This document shows, one piece after another, positions 1 to 9,746 of a stretch of DNA of 40,066 nucleotides. Each line of letters opens with the position of its first letter. The first letter of the stretch is position 1. Under the pieces are notes generated by a model that did no database searches, was not told where the DNA came from, and worked only from the letters and a program-made list of their open reading frames with translations. The DNA is from an uncultured Pirellulales bacterium (lineage in GTDB: Bacteria; Planctomycetota; Phycisphaerae; Sedimentisphaerales; Anaerobacaceae), in assembly GCA_964612985.1 (NCBI GenBank), contig CAZTGH010000004.1:1-40066 (forward strand), written 5' to 3'. Position numbers and translations under genes: made by a program.

Positions 1-119
1 TTACCCAACTGGGAAGGCGTCGCACGCAGCCTGCCGTTGCGCACCTGAACGCTCATCGGTGCCGCGAGTGCCACGCCGGCGGTAACCGCCAGCAGCATCG
101 CCAGAACCTTCGTCTTCAT
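1..119 (-). CDS. 5' part of a secreted protein, possibly SH3-domain type; runs off the left edge
   Basis: Not in the ORF track. ATG at 119 with AGGAG upstream; reads MKTKVLAMLLAVTAGVALAAPMSVQVRNGRLRATPSQLG. Signal peptide followed by an SVQV..G.LRATPS motif reminiscent of bacterial SH3 domains. Confidence 0.6.
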   Translation of the reverse strand, partial: MKTKVLAMLLAVTAGVALAAPMSVQVRNGRLRATPSQLG

Positions 120-698
120 GACTTCTGTCTCCTGTGAAAGCCGATTCCATTCTCGCCGTTCCGGATCAGGACGCGTCTCGGACGGCACCGGCCTCATCAT
201 ATCAAGTGGCACTGCAAAAGCAAGCCGGCATGGGTTTGATCGGAATACGGTGGCATTTGAATCTGCCGCATCTGCTTTGTCATTCCGACTGGAGCGGAGC
301 CGAATGGCGAGCCTGTCAAGTGGGCTACGACGCATTGGTAGATGAACTCTTCGCCCGGGAGCCGGATCAGCACCTCACTTCTCCGAGAAGCATCAATATG
401 AAACAAACTGGAGCGAAGGGTTTGAAAACACCACGGCTAGTGGAGTTGTCTATCGTCCTTGATGTTCGATCACTCGATACAGCTTTTCCGGCAACGCGAT
501 TTGCTGAAGAACGTGTCAGTAAGCAGCCGCGCCGTCTCACGCAACTGCGGAATCTCTTCCTGCAACGGAGCGATGAGAGCATCCTTGTGGGTCATAACTC
601 ACTGTCTACTCATATGTTCTGGATTGCGCAAGTCCTTTTTGCGGAACTCTCTCAGCCTTTGGTAATGAGAGAAAGGAGTCAAGACGAAAGGGGTAGTC

Positions 699-1061
699 AT
701 GAGACGCAGGTCGATCCCGGAACCGTATTTCGATTTTACAGAGACGCCAACGCTCAACGTGGTCACCGAGTATCGTAAAAGGAGTCGTTCGGTCGCTATC
801 CGGATGCGGTGGCGGTGGACAAGGGGTTTTACGAGAGCATGGAACAGATCAAGGCGCGGGAAGACAAGATCCACACGGTCTCGATCGCCAAGAAAGGACA
901 TCGTACTCCGCAAGAGCAGGCGCGGGAACCATCGGAAGCTTTTGTGGCAGGCCAACGGTTTCGCGCCAGCGCCGAAAGCAGCATCTCGGTTCTGAAACGA
1001 GCGTTTCCCCCGGGGCGTTGCCTGTTCAGGGGTTTTCAAGAATTACGCGGCGAGTGTGGGG
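699..1061 (+). pseudogene. Internally deleted, frameshifted IS transposase remnant (IS5-like/ISNCY DDE type)
   Basis: N-terminal piece MRRRSIPEPYFDFTETPTLNVVTEYRK (699-779) is joined out of frame to a C-terminal piece FGRYPDAVAVDKGFYESMEQI...GQRFRASAESSISVLKRAF..CLFRG. A further frameshift at the T-run near 1033-1036 restores FKNYAASVG. DKG(F/Y) and R..E..IS.LKR are C-terminal DDE motifs. Confidence 0.7.
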
Positions 1062-1330
1062 TTGAACAACCTGAACCTGCGAACGCACTTCCGCGGGATC
1101 ATCAAGAGGGCGGGCCTGCGACTCTGGCCGCGACTCTGGTAGAATCCTCGATCCAGCCGCCAGTCTGAATTGTGCGGGGAGTTTCCCGAGCACGTGGTTT
1201 GCGCGTGGTTGGGCAATTCCAAGGCGGTCGCTCGGGAGCACTACCTACAGGTTCGGGACAGTGACTTCGAGCGGGCTGCCGATAGCGCGCGCCAGAGCGC
1301 ACAGAGGGTGCGCAAAACGACACAGTACGG
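1062..1330 (+). pseudogene. C-terminal remnant of a tyrosine recombinase/integrase
   Basis: Reads NLNLRTHFRGIIKRAGLRLWPRLW*NPRSSRQSELCGEFPEHVVCAWLGNSKAVAREHYLQVRDSDFERAA, with in-frame TAG at 1140-1142. Contains box II features (W-L-G-N/H and catalytic Y in HYLQV) and points toward the tRNA 3' end. End coordinate approximate. Confidence 0.8.
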
Positions 1331-1437
1331 TGATAAACCCCCCTGCACCACTATGCATGCCATCCCCGCTGGCGCCCCCGAAAACGCGGATTTGCCCTAT
1401 GATGGGACCCTGTGCGCAGCCATGCAAACAGGGGATA

Positions 1438-1520
1438 TGGGCCGGGCTGGATTCGAACCAGCGTAGGCTCACGCCAACGGGTTTACAGCCCGTTCCCTTT
1501 AGCCACTCGGGCACCGACCC
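1438..1520 (-). tRNA. tRNA-Tyr (anticodon GTA), CCA not encoded
   Basis: Reverse complement GGGTCGGTGCCCGAGTGGCTAAAGGGAACGGGCTGTAAACCCGTTGGCGTGAGCCTACGCTGGTTCGAATCCAGCCCGGCCCA. Shows acceptor stem, anticodon loop CTGTAAA, long variable arm and TTCGAAT T-loop. Confidence 0.97.
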
Positions 1521-1559
1521 CCAACGGTCCTCGATTCACCGAATCCCGTTGAAACCGCT

Positions 1560-1587
1560 ATTTAACGAAAAACCCGAAATCTGTCAA
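1560..1587 (-). promoter_or_regulatory. Putative sigma70 promoter of tRNA-Tyr
   Basis: Minus strand TTGACA, 16-nt spacer, TTAAAT; about 40 nt upstream of the tRNA. Confidence 0.55.
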
Positions 1588-1727
1588 CCGTTCCGTCAGA
1601 TTTTCTTGGCTGCGCCGGCTTATGGCGCGGTCCCGGAATGGAGCAGGCGCCGCCCCCCGGCGACCCCTAGAGCCGGTGGCGGGCTGTAAGTACATGACAC
1701 AAAAAGGTTTACTGGATTGCGGACGGT

Positions 1728-3143
1728 TCAGTCCAGCTCCATGGGAAAGTAGTTCCGGGCGTTGTGGTAGCAGATGTCCTCGACCATCCTGCCGAGCAGC
1801 CTCATATCTCTGGGCAGCAGCCCGGCCTCAACGTCATTGCCGAGCAGGTTGCAGAGCGTTCGCCGGAAATACTCGTGCCGCGGATAGGACAGGAAGCTTC
1901 TCGAATCGGTCAGCATCCCGACGAAACGACTCAAGAGGCTCATGTTGGCCAGCGTGCGCATCTGGGCTTCCATCCCATCCTTCTGGTCAAGGAACCACCA
2001 GCCCGAGCCCCACTGCATTTTGCCGGGCACAGAGCCATCCTGAAAGTTGCCGATCATCGTCGCCATCAGGGCGTTGTCGCGCGGGTTGAGATTGTAGAGG
2101 ATCGTCTTGGGCAGCTTGCCCAGCACGTCGAGCCGGTCCAGGAATCTGGCCAAAGGTCTGGCGACCTCGAAGTCGCCGATGGAATCGCAGCCGATGTCCG
2201 GCCCGAGTCTCTGATACAGGCGCGTGCAGTTGTTCCGCAGGGCGCCCAGATGCAGTTGCTGGACCCAGCCGCGTTCGGCGTCCATTTTGCCGAACTCGAT
2301 CATCATGGCGGATTTGAACTGAAGCTCTTCCTGGGCGGTCAGTTCCTCGCCGGCATGAATCTTGCCGAAGATGGCCCGGATCTCCTTGTCCGTGTAGTCT
2401 TCCGCATAGGCGGTTGCCAGCCCGTGATCGGAAAGCCGGCAGCCCTGTTCGTGGAAATACGTGTGCCGCTGGCGCAGGGCGTTGATATAGCCGTCGAAAC
2501 TGGTGATCTCCTCGTCGCACAGCGCTCCGAGCTTGTCGATGAAGGCATTCAATCCCTGGAGATCGTCGGTAGCCATCGCCTGGTCGGGTCGCCAGGCCGG
2601 ATGTACCTGGATCTCAAAACCGTCCTCGCGGATTTTGCGGTGGTGTTCCAGCGAATCCAGTGGACTATCCGTCGTGCAGACCAGTTTGACGTTCATCTTT
2701 CGCATGATGTTGCGAACGCTGAATTCCTCCCTTTGCAGCATTTCGCTGCACTCGTGATAGATGTCCCGGGCCGTCTCGGGGTTGAGCAGTCGGCCTGTGA
2801 TGCCGAACGGAGCGCGCAATTCCAGATGCGTCCAGTGATACAGCGGATTGCCGAGGCAGTACGGGACAGTGGCCGCCCACCGCTCGAATTTCTCGTAATC
2901 GCCGGCGTCTCCGGTGATATATTTCTCCGTCACGCCGTTGGTGCGCATCGCCCGCCACTTGTAGTGGTCTCCGTACAGCCAGGCCTGCGTCAGATTCCCA
3001 AAGCGGTGATCGGACGCGATCTGGTGAGCGGGCAGATGGCAGTGGTAGTCATAGATTGGCATCTTCGCCGCATGGTCGTGATACAGCAGTCGGGCGGTCT
3101 CGGTTTGAAGCAGGAAGTCCTCGGTCAAGAAATGGCTGGTCAT
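1728..3143 (-). CDS. uxaC: Glucuronate (uronate) isomerase
   Basis: 471 aa with motifs PIYDYHCHL, WLYGDHYKWRAMR, GNPLYHWTHLEL, GSGWWFLDQ, GMLTDSRSFLSYPRHEYFRR. Confidence 0.97.
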   Translation of the reverse strand: MTSHFLTEDFLLQTETARLLYHDHAAKMPIYDYHCHLPAHQIASDHRFGNLTQAWLYGDHYKWRAMRTNGVTEKYITGDAGDYEKFERWAATVPYCLGNPLYHWTHLELRAPFGITGRLLNPETARDIYHECSEMLQREEFSVRNIMRKMNVKLVCTTDSPLDSLEHHRKIREDGFEIQVHPAWRPDQAMATDDLQGLNAFIDKLGALCDEEITSFDGYINALRQRHTYFHEQGCRLSDHGLATAYAEDYTDKEIRAIFGKIHAGEELTAQEELQFKSAMMIEFGKMDAERGWVQQLHLGALRNNCTRLYQRLGPDIGCDSIGDFEVARPLARFLDRLDVLGKLPKTILYNLNPRDNALMATMIGNFQDGSVPGKMQWGSGWWFLDQKDGMEAQMRTLANMSLLSRFVGMLTDSRSFLSYPRHEYFRRTLCNLLGNDVEAGLLPRDMRLLGRMVEDICYHNARNYFPMELD

Positions 3144-3172
3144 CGCAGATTCCAGAAAGGAGATATCAGGGT

Positions 3173-3406
3173 CTAGGTATTGTCGTCCTCGTTGCCGCGC
3201 GCCTGGCGCTTAGCCGGGGGCTTTTTGAACGCGGCCATCTGTTTGGCCCAGTCGGAAACTTCGCTCTGCGTCTTCTGGAGTCTTTCCGAACGTGGCTTGG
3301 GTTGTTTCTTCTCCGCCTGACGCATCTTATACTCATAGATGCCGTAGACAATCCATCCGCCGGCCACGACGATCACTCCCAGGATCATGATGATCTTGAA
3401 CCACAT
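3173..3406 (-). CDS. Small single-TM hypothetical protein (77 aa)
   Basis: MWFKIIMILGVIVVAGGWIVYGIYEY then a basic tail; AGGGAAG upstream; 30 nt upstream of uxaC on the same strand. Confidence 0.65.
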   Translation of the reverse strand: MWFKIIMILGVIVVAGGWIVYGIYEYKMRQAEKKQPKPRSERLQKTQSEVSDWAKQMAAFKKPPAKRQARGNEDDNT

Positions 3407-3634
3407 GGCGTCTTCCCTTCTTTCGCACCCGATTCTCCCGGTCCCGACGCACATCGGGACTTCGCGCCCCATCCGGCCCACATCGTACTCGAATCTTCCC
3501 GGACGGTCAACCACCGCAAATCGTGACGAGAATCTGCCGGCCGAGGACATGGGTCGCACGAATGCTCTGCGGTATCGAGCAGGACCCAGTAGAAGTGGTC
3601 TCTGCGTTGCCGACCGCCCGGGGCCGCCCGTCGG

Positions 3635-4189
3635 TTACTCCAGGCGTTGGGTCCAGGTGACCAGGGCCGCCAGCAGGCCGCCGATCCGCTCTCTCGTTTC
3701 CTTGTCCGTTAGGCGGCCGGCCGAATCGATCTTGCTCTGGGCCATCGCGACCATCACCTCCGGCTGGTTCAGGGGGTGCATGTTCAGAAAGACGCAGGAC
3801 TGCCGAAGATGGTACTGCGCGCGGGCGGTGCCCAGCATCCCAATCGAGGCGCCCATGATCGCGACAGGCTTGTTGTTGAAGGGATTCTCGCTGTAAGGAC
3901 GCGACGCCGCGTCGATGGCGTTCTTGAGGACGCCCGGGATGGAGTAGTTGTATTCGGGCGTTACAATCAGCAGGGCGTCGGCGGCGCGGATTTTCTCCTT
4001 GAAGTCCCTCACGGCAGCGACCGGCTCGTTCTCCAGGTCCTGATTGAAGGGCGGAATCCCTTCGAGATCGAACGTCTGGATCTTGGTCCCGTCCGGCGCC
4101 AGTTCCACCGCGGCCCGCAACAGAGCCTTGTTGTACGAGCCTTTTCTCAGGCTGCCCGCAAATCCCAGGATTTGAAGGGTTTCTTCCAT
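3635..4189 (-). CDS. NADPH-dependent FMN reductase (ChrR/SsuE flavodoxin-like family)
   Basis: Motifs GSLRKGSYN, TPEYNYSIPGVLKNAID, GTARAQYHLRQ; start at MEETLQIL with GGGGA RBS. Confidence 0.92.
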   Translation of the reverse strand: MEETLQILGFAGSLRKGSYNKALLRAAVELAPDGTKIQTFDLEGIPPFNQDLENEPVAAVRDFKEKIRAADALLIVTPEYNYSIPGVLKNAIDAASRPYSENPFNNKPVAIMGASIGMLGTARAQYHLRQSCVFLNMHPLNQPEVMVAMAQSKIDSAGRLTDKETRERIGGLLAALVTWTQRLE

Positions 4190-4345
4190 GTCGTTGGTCC
4201 CCCGTGGATAGCAGCATTGTCGTTTACACGGTTCGTACCCTTCACCGTAGTTGCCGGCGATCCCGCTTTGGATAGGGATTCTGCCCGTTTGGTTTAGGCA
4301 ATTGCCCCGAACACCTGTGCCGGCAGGAAGCCGCGTCGTTGCAGC

Positions 4346-4380
4346 AAAAAAAGAAAAGGGTGAGCCGCTGAGGCCCACCC
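4346..4380 (-). terminator. Rho-independent terminator after araA
   Basis: Minus strand GGGTGGGCC-TCAGC-GGCTCACCC followed by TTTTCTTTTTTT. Confidence 0.85.
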
Positions 4381-4415
4381 GTGATAGTCGGTACGACGAT
4401 TCGCTGGAGAGGATC

Positions 4416-5924
4416 TTACAGGCCCTTGGCGAGCATGTAGTACATCTCGTTCCAGCGGAGTTCCTTCTTGAACTCGTGGATCTTTGTCTCGGCGTCGATC
4501 TGGACGTGCTCGATGCCGGCCATCTCCGTGAAGTCCTGGAGGTGCTCGCTGGTCAGCGCCATGCTGAACCCGGTGTGGTGGGCGCCGCCGGCGAGGATCC
4601 ACGCGGCCGCCCCGATCTTGAGGCTGGGCTTCGGCACCCAGACCACGCGCGCCACCGGCAGCTTGGGCAGGTTCGCGTCAGGGGTCACTACGTCCACCTC
4701 GTTGACGATCATGCGGAAACGATTGCCCATATCGACCAGCGAGGCATTGAGACCTGCCCCCGTCGGGACATTGAACACGAGCCGGCACGGATCGGCCTTG
4801 CCACCGATGCCCAGCGGATGAACCTCCAAGGCGGGCTTGCCCTCGGCGATCGAGGAGCAGACCTCCAGCATGTGGGCGCCCAGGACCTTGGGCCCGGCCG
4901 GGTCGAGGTGATAGGTATAGTCTTCCATGAAACTAGTACCGCCCGGCAGGCCCGACGCCATCACCTTCATCGCGCGGACCAGGGCCGCCGTCTTCCAGTC
5001 GCCCTCGGCGCCGAAGCCATAGCCATCGGCCATCAGTCGCTGGACCGCCAGGCCGGGAAGCTGTTTGAGTCCGTGCAGGTCCTCGAAATTTGTCGTGAAG
5101 GCCTTGAAGTTCCCCTCTTCCAGGAAATGGCGCATCCCCAGCTCGATCCGCGCCGCCTCACGCAACGCCTCGCGCTGCTTGCCGTCTTTGCTGATCGGCT
5201 TGGCCAGTTCGTAGGTGGCCTCATACTCGGCGGTGAGCTTGTCGATTTCCTTGTCGGTGACCTTGTTCACGCGGGCGACCAGATCGCCGACGCCATAACC
5301 GTAGACCGAATAGCCGAGCCGCATCTGGGCCTCGACCTTGTCGCCCTCGGTGACCGCGACCTCGCGCATGTTGTCGCCGAAACGAACGACCTTGGCTCCC
5401 TGGGTATCGTGCCAGGCACAGGCGGCGCGGGCCCAGATGCCCAGTTCCGCCTGGACTTCCGCTTCCTGCCAGTGACCAACCACGACCTTGCGGTTGCGTC
5501 GCAGCCGTGTGCAGATGAACCCGAACTCGCGACCACCGTGGGCGCTCTGGTTGAGGTTCATGAAGTCCATGTCGATCTCGGACCAGGGGATATCCCGGTT
5601 GAACTGTGTGTGCAGATGGACGAAGGGTTTGGCCAGGGCCTTGAGTCCTGCGATCCACATCTTGGCGGGCGAGAAGGTGTGCATCCACGTGATCAGACCG
5701 ACGCAGTTGGCCGCCGTATTCGCCTTCACGCAGAGATCGTAGATCGCCTCCGGCGTCGTCAGCACCGGCTTGAAAACCACCTTCACCGGAATCGATTGCG
5801 ACCGCGACAATGCCTGGGCGATCTTCTTGGAATCTTGCGCGACCTGTTCGAGCGCCTCGGGGCCGTAGAGGTGCTGACTGCCCGTGACGAACCAGGCTTC
5901 CAGTTTCTTGATATCTTCGATCAT
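4416..5924 (-). CDS. araA: L-arabinose isomerase
   Basis: Motifs [67 protein letters not shown]. Start at 5924 follows GGAG; alternative start 5936. Confidence 0.97.
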   Translation of the reverse strand: MIEDIKKLEAWFVTGSQHLYGPEALEQVAQDSKKIAQALSRSQSIPVKVVFKPVLTTPEAIYDLCVKANTAANCVGLITWMHTFSPAKMWIAGLKALAKPFVHLHTQFNRDIPWSEIDMDFMNLNQSAHGGREFGFICTRLRRNRKVVVGHWQEAEVQAELGIWARAACAWHDTQGAKVVRFGDNMREVAVTEGDKVEAQMRLGYSVYGYGVGDLVARVNKVTDKEIDKLTAEYEATYELAKPISKDGKQREALREAARIELGMRHFLEEGNFKAFTTNFEDLHGLKQLPGLAVQRLMADGYGFGAEGDWKTAALVRAMKVMASGLPGGTSFMEDYTYHLDPAGPKVLGAHMLEVCSSIAEGKPALEVHPLGIGGKADPCRLVFNVPTGAGLNASLVDMGNRFRMIVNEVDVVTPDANLPKLPVARVVWVPKPSLKIGAAAWILAGGAHHTGFSMALTSEHLQDFTEMAGIEHVQIDAETKIHEFKKELRWNEMYYMLAKGL

Positions 5925-6129
5925 AGGGTTCTCCATCCAAGTGACGATTGTTCAGCCTTCCGCAGAATTCCGATTAGAGTAACACGACGCATGGCGGGTG
6001 TCTAAATCTTTTGTGGAGGGTAATGTCGGGTGGTTGCCTCGCAGAGCAGGCGGGTGTCGCAAAATGGCGAATGCCCGGCCCTGCGGCAAGGTTTTTGGCC
6101 GGAGGGACTGGCCGCGAGCCGCAAACTGG

Positions 6130-7296
6130 TTATTTGTGATGCAGTATCTGTTTTAGCCCGCGGACGAGGCGGTCGAGACCTTCGCTGGCGGTCTCTTGTT
6201 CCAGAGCGCCGTACGCTACGCGAAGCAGGCACCGGTCTGCTACGCCGAAGGTGGTTCCCGGGATGACCGCAACCCGGTGTTCCTCGATCAACCGTCGGAC
6301 CAGGTCCATCGAATCCATCTCCGTGTGAACGCGAAGCAGGAAATAGAACGCGCCATTGGCGTCCGGTACAGTCACGAGGTCGTCGATTTTCCGCAATGTC
6401 TCCAGCACAAGCTGTCGCACTCTGGAGGTCGTTTCGAGCTTCTGCCGACAGTAGGGGGCGCCCACGCTCATCGCGCCCAGCGCCGCCCACTGCGAGACCA
6501 CCGGTGGGCAGATCAGGATCGTGTCCTGGATCTTGCGGACCGGCTCGAAGAGGGCTTCGGGGATCACCATCCAGCCGATGCGCCAGCTCGCAAAGCCATA
6601 GGCCTTCGACAGCGAGAACAGCGAGATGGTGTGATGCGTACTATCGGCAATCGAGCCCGGGGAGAAATGCTCGGTGCCCTCATAGGTGAAATACTCGTAG
6701 GCTTCGTCGCTGATATGGTAGATGCCTCGACGCCGGCAGATCTCGTTGACCTCGCGCAGCGCCGCCGGCGGATAGACCGCGCCGGTCGGGTTATTGGGCG
6801 AGATGGTGACGACCGCGCGGGTCCGATCCGTGATGGCTCGCTCGATCAGCGTCGGCTGCAACTGGTAGCTGTCGTCGGTGGGCACGCAGACCGCCTTGCA
6901 GTCCGCCATGGCGATGGCCATCTCGTGGTTGAAGTAGTAGGGCAGGTTCAGGATGATCTCATCATCCGGGTCGGTGATCGCCAGCACCGCATTCATGAAA
7001 CCCATGTTCGCGCCGGCGGTCACCACGATTCGCCGGCCGGCCGGATCGATGCGGTTCTCGCTGGTGAGTTTGGTCTCGATAGCTGCCAGTAGTTCGGGGA
7101 TGCCCTGGACGAGCTTGTACTTGTGGTTCTCCGGGTCCGCCAGAAACCTCTGGATAAAAGAAGCAGCCTCCGGCGGCGGTCCGTAGTACGCGACTCCCTG
7201 GCCGAGCGAGATCGTGCCGGGATGGGCGCGAATCAACTCGCCGACGACCGGGATGATCGGCGTCTGCACGGACTGCATCCGGAGGCTGTCACGCAT
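6130..7296 (-). CDS. PLP-dependent aminotransferase class I/II
   Basis: Motifs ISLGQG, TAGANMG, SPNNPTG, SDEAY, SLSKAYGFASWRIG (PLP lysine). The real start is at MRDSLRMQSVQ; the longer ORF overlaps gnd. Confidence 0.92.
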   Translation of the reverse strand: MRDSLRMQSVQTPIIPVVGELIRAHPGTISLGQGVAYYGPPPEAASFIQRFLADPENHKYKLVQGIPELLAAIETKLTSENRIDPAGRRIVVTAGANMGFMNAVLAITDPDDEIILNLPYYFNHEMAIAMADCKAVCVPTDDSYQLQPTLIERAITDRTRAVVTISPNNPTGAVYPPAALREVNEICRRRGIYHISDEAYEYFTYEGTEHFSPGSIADSTHHTISLFSLSKAYGFASWRIGWMVIPEALFEPVRKIQDTILICPPVVSQWAALGAMSVGAPYCRQKLETTSRVRQLVLETLRKIDDLVTVPDANGAFYFLLRVHTEMDSMDLVRRLIEEHRVAVIPGTTFGVADRCLLRVAYGALEQETASEGLDRLVRGLKQILHHK

Positions 7297-7313
7297 CGAT
7301 GTAGTCTCTGGCG

Positions 7314-8765
7314 TCAGACGACGTAGGTCGAAGCGGAGGTTTCGCCGCCCCGACCGGTCCAGTTCGTGTGGTAGAACTCGCCTCGCGGCTTGTCCACCCG
7401 CTCGTACGTATGGGCGCCAAAATAGTCCCGCTGCGCCTGAAGCAGGTTGGCGGGCAGGCGGGCGTGGCGATAGCCGTCGTAGTAAGCCAGGGCGGTGCTG
7501 ATCGCCGGGATGGGAATGCCCGCGGTCACTGCCGCCGTGACGACGCGCCGCCACGATTCCTGTGCATTCTCGATGGCGCCCTTGAAGAACGGGGTCAGCA
7601 GCAGATTCGTCAGATCGGGCTCCTTGTCGAAGGCCTCTTTGATCTTGCCGAGGAAGACCGAACGGATGATGCAGCCGCCACGCCACATCAGCGCGATGCC
7701 ACCGTAATTGAGGTTCCACTGGTGCTCGGCCGCCGCCGCCCGCATCAGTTGATAGCCCTGGGCGTAGCTGACGATCTTGGACGCATAAAGGGCGCGACGC
7801 AGGTCGTCGATGAAGGTCTTCCTGTCGCCCTTGAACTCGGGCTTCGGTCCCGACAGGATCTTCGAGGCCGCTACGCGTTCTTCCTTGAGCGCCGACAGGC
7901 AGCGTGCGAACACCGCCTCGCCGATCAGCGTCAGCGGCTGGCCGAGGTCCAGCGCCTCGATCGCCGTCCACTTGCCGGTGCCTTTCTGTCCCGCGGTGTC
8001 GAGGATCAGGTCGATCACCTCGTTGCCGTCCTCGTCCTTATAGCCCAGGATGTCCCGCGTGATCTCGATCAGGTAGGAGTCCAACTCGCCCTCGTTCCAC
8101 TCCGCGAAGACGTCGTGCATCTCCTGGTTGGTCATCCCGAGACCCTCTTTCATCATCTGATAGGTCTCGCAGATCATCTGCATGTCGCCGTATTCGATGC
8201 CGTTGTGGACCATCTTGACGAAGTGGCCCGCGCCGTTCTCACCCACCCAGTCGCAGCAGGGTTCGCCGTCTTCGGTCTTGGCGGCAATGGACTGGAAGAT
8301 GTCCTTGACGGCAGGCCACGCCTTGGGCGAGCCGCCCGGCATCATCGACGGGCCCTTCAGGGCGCCTTCTTCGCCGCCGGAGACGCCGGTGCCGATGTAG
8401 AGCTTGCCCTGGCTCTCGACGTACTCGGTCCGTCGGATCGTGTCGGGGAAGTGGCTGTTGCCGCCGTCGATGAGGATGTCGCCGTCCTCCAGGTGGGGCA
8501 GCACCGCGTCGATGAACTGGTCCACCGGCTTGCCCGCCTTGACCATCAGCATCACCTTGCGGGGGGTCTTGAGGTTCTCGACCAGTTCCTCGATCGAGTG
8601 GCAGCCGATGATGTTCTTGCCCTTGGCCCGACCGTTCACGAAGTCGTCCACCTTCGAAACCGTCCGGTTGAAGCAGGCCACGGTGAAGCCCTTGCTCTCC
8701 ATGTTCAGAATCAGGTTTTCCCCCATGACCGCCAGGCCGATCACGCCCATATCTGCTTTCGCCAT
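7314..8765 (-). CDS. gnd: NADP-dependent 6-phosphogluconate dehydrogenase, decarboxylating
   Basis: Motifs IGLAVMGENL, GVSGGEEGA, GHFVKMVHNGIEY, GQKGTGKW, WRGGCIIRS, QAQRDYFGAHTY. Confidence 0.98.
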   Translation of the reverse strand: MAKADMGVIGLAVMGENLILNMESKGFTVACFNRTVSKVDDFVNGRAKGKNIIGCHSIEELVENLKTPRKVMLMVKAGKPVDQFIDAVLPHLEDGDILIDGGNSHFPDTIRRTEYVESQGKLYIGTGVSGGEEGALKGPSMMPGGSPKAWPAVKDIFQSIAAKTEDGEPCCDWVGENGAGHFVKMVHNGIEYGDMQMICETYQMMKEGLGMTNQEMHDVFAEWNEGELDSYLIEITRDILGYKDEDGNEVIDLILDTAGQKGTGKWTAIEALDLGQPLTLIGEAVFARCLSALKEERVAASKILSGPKPEFKGDRKTFIDDLRRALYASKIVSYAQGYQLMRAAAAEHQWNLNYGGIALMWRGGCIIRSVFLGKIKEAFDKEPDLTNLLLTPFFKGAIENAQESWRRVVTAAVTAGIPIPAISTALAYYDGYRHARLPANLLQAQRDYFGAHTYERVDKPRGEFYHTNWTGRGGETSASTYVV

Positions 8766-9031
8766 AATGACGCGCTCCTTTGCTCGATATCCGGTTGCTG
8801 TTTCCTGCCCATCCTACGTCCACCCGCCCGGTGCGTTCACCCCCACCCCGCACCTTTCGGGCAAACCATTCTCGCGATTTCCCCCGCCCACGCAAGCCAA
8901 ATCCCCCGACGAATCGCATTCAGCCCGCTGCGTCCTATGCAGAGCAGAGCTCTCTGTCCTCATTTGGCATGCCCAGGGCGGACATCCAAAGGTGCGTCTT
9001 GCCTCGGTGCCGAATCTAGTTCGAATCTCAC

Positions 9032-9061
9032 TTGATGGACTGACCTGCCGCCTGATATACT
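9032..9061 (+). promoter_or_regulatory. Putative sigma70 promoter with extended -10 for the orphan gene
   Basis: TTGATG, 18-nt spacer, TGaTATACT; about 50 nt upstream of ATG 9114. Confidence 0.5.
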
Positions 9062-9113
9062 CAACAGAGAGACTCGGAATTACTCAGAGCAGCGGTCGAT
9101 ATCGAGGTCCCCA

Positions 9114-9746
9114 ATGCTTGAACTGAAGATACGCGGACGAGAACAGAGCAGAGCTAGCGTGTACTTCGCTCTCACGCGTGAGGCGCACGATCGTTTCCGC
9201 TCAGGTCTCGCTCAATCAGCCGGTAGTCTTGTCTCTTTGGCTGTTGTCGCCGAGCAAGCCAAACAAGAGGCCTGGCTGAAACATATGGAGGATGCGATTT
9301 GGCAGTTGCTCCTCCAGCATCTTTTCGGTGCCATGTGTCTCGAAGCGTTCATCTACGACTATGCGGCGACGAACCTTGGAGATCGGTATGTTCAGAAGTA
9401 TCTTGACAAGCTTGATCTTGTCGCGAAGTGGGTTGTCATCCCGAGACTTGTCCTTAGCAAGGAGATTCCACGAGACGGTCAGGCGTTTCAGTATCTGCGC
9501 CTGATCAAGAAAGAGAGAGATAAGCTGGTCCACTCAAAATCTCGTGGAGAATTGACCGAACAGCAGAGGCAAGAAGAATTGGCCAAGTACAGAATTCGAT
9601 TGAATCCGGGACGATCTGACTCAGTCAGTGACAAGGAACTGAATGTATCTGCTCAACTGGTGGATATTCTCAGCGCTCTCAAGGATCTGGAGAAGGACTG
9701 CGGACGGGAACAGGATTGGTGGGAGATCCTGTCTTTGTCCGCGTGA
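9114..9746 (+). CDS. Hypothetical helical protein with HEPN-like Rx4H motif
   Basis: 210 aa ORF with GAGG RBS, opposite orientation to its neighbours, visibly AT-richer. Contains AMCLEAFI and RDKLVH (R135-H140). Confidence 0.6.
   Translation: MLELKIRGREQSRASVYFALTREAHDRFRSGLAQSAGSLVSLAVVAEQAKQEAWLKHMEDAIWQLLLQHLFGAMCLEAFIYDYAATNLGDRYVQKYLDKLDLVAKWVVIPRLVLSKEIPRDGQAFQYLRLIKKERDKLVHSKSRGELTEQQRQEELAKYRIRLNPGRSDSVSDKELNVSAQLVDILSALKDLEKDCGREQDWWEILSLSA

Noticed and set aside
470..595. Minus-strand short ORF MTHKDALIAPLQEEIPQLRETARLLTDTF..., faintly like the N-terminus of a nucleotidyltransferase-associated HEPN protein
   Set aside because: Similarity is too short and is lost after about 30 codons; cannot be supported without a search.
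134..778. 214-aa plus-strand ORF
   Set aside because: No recognisable domain; it spans the upstream region of the 1-119 gene and the IS remnant, so it is probably spurious in degraded DNA.
1170..1466. 98-aa ORF as an intact gene reading into the tRNA
   Set aside because: It is the post-stop portion of the integrase pseudogene with read-through into the antisense strand of the tRNA.
6130..7971. 613-aa ORF suggesting an extended aminotransferase
   Set aside because: The first 225 codons overlap gnd in another frame; the aminotransferase begins at about 7296.
8858..8900. GGCAAACC...ACGCAAGCC resembling a c-di-GMP-I riboswitch
   Set aside because: No GAAA tetraloop/receptor or P2 stem. Better explained as the reverse complement of the gnd promoter (TTGCGT...GAGAAT on the minus strand).
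1764..9035. Long antisense ORFs (1764-3176, 4251-6005, 6196-7092, 7368-9035) and similar ones opposite later genes
   Set aside because: Shadow ORFs expected opposite real genes in high-GC DNA; no recognisable motifs.
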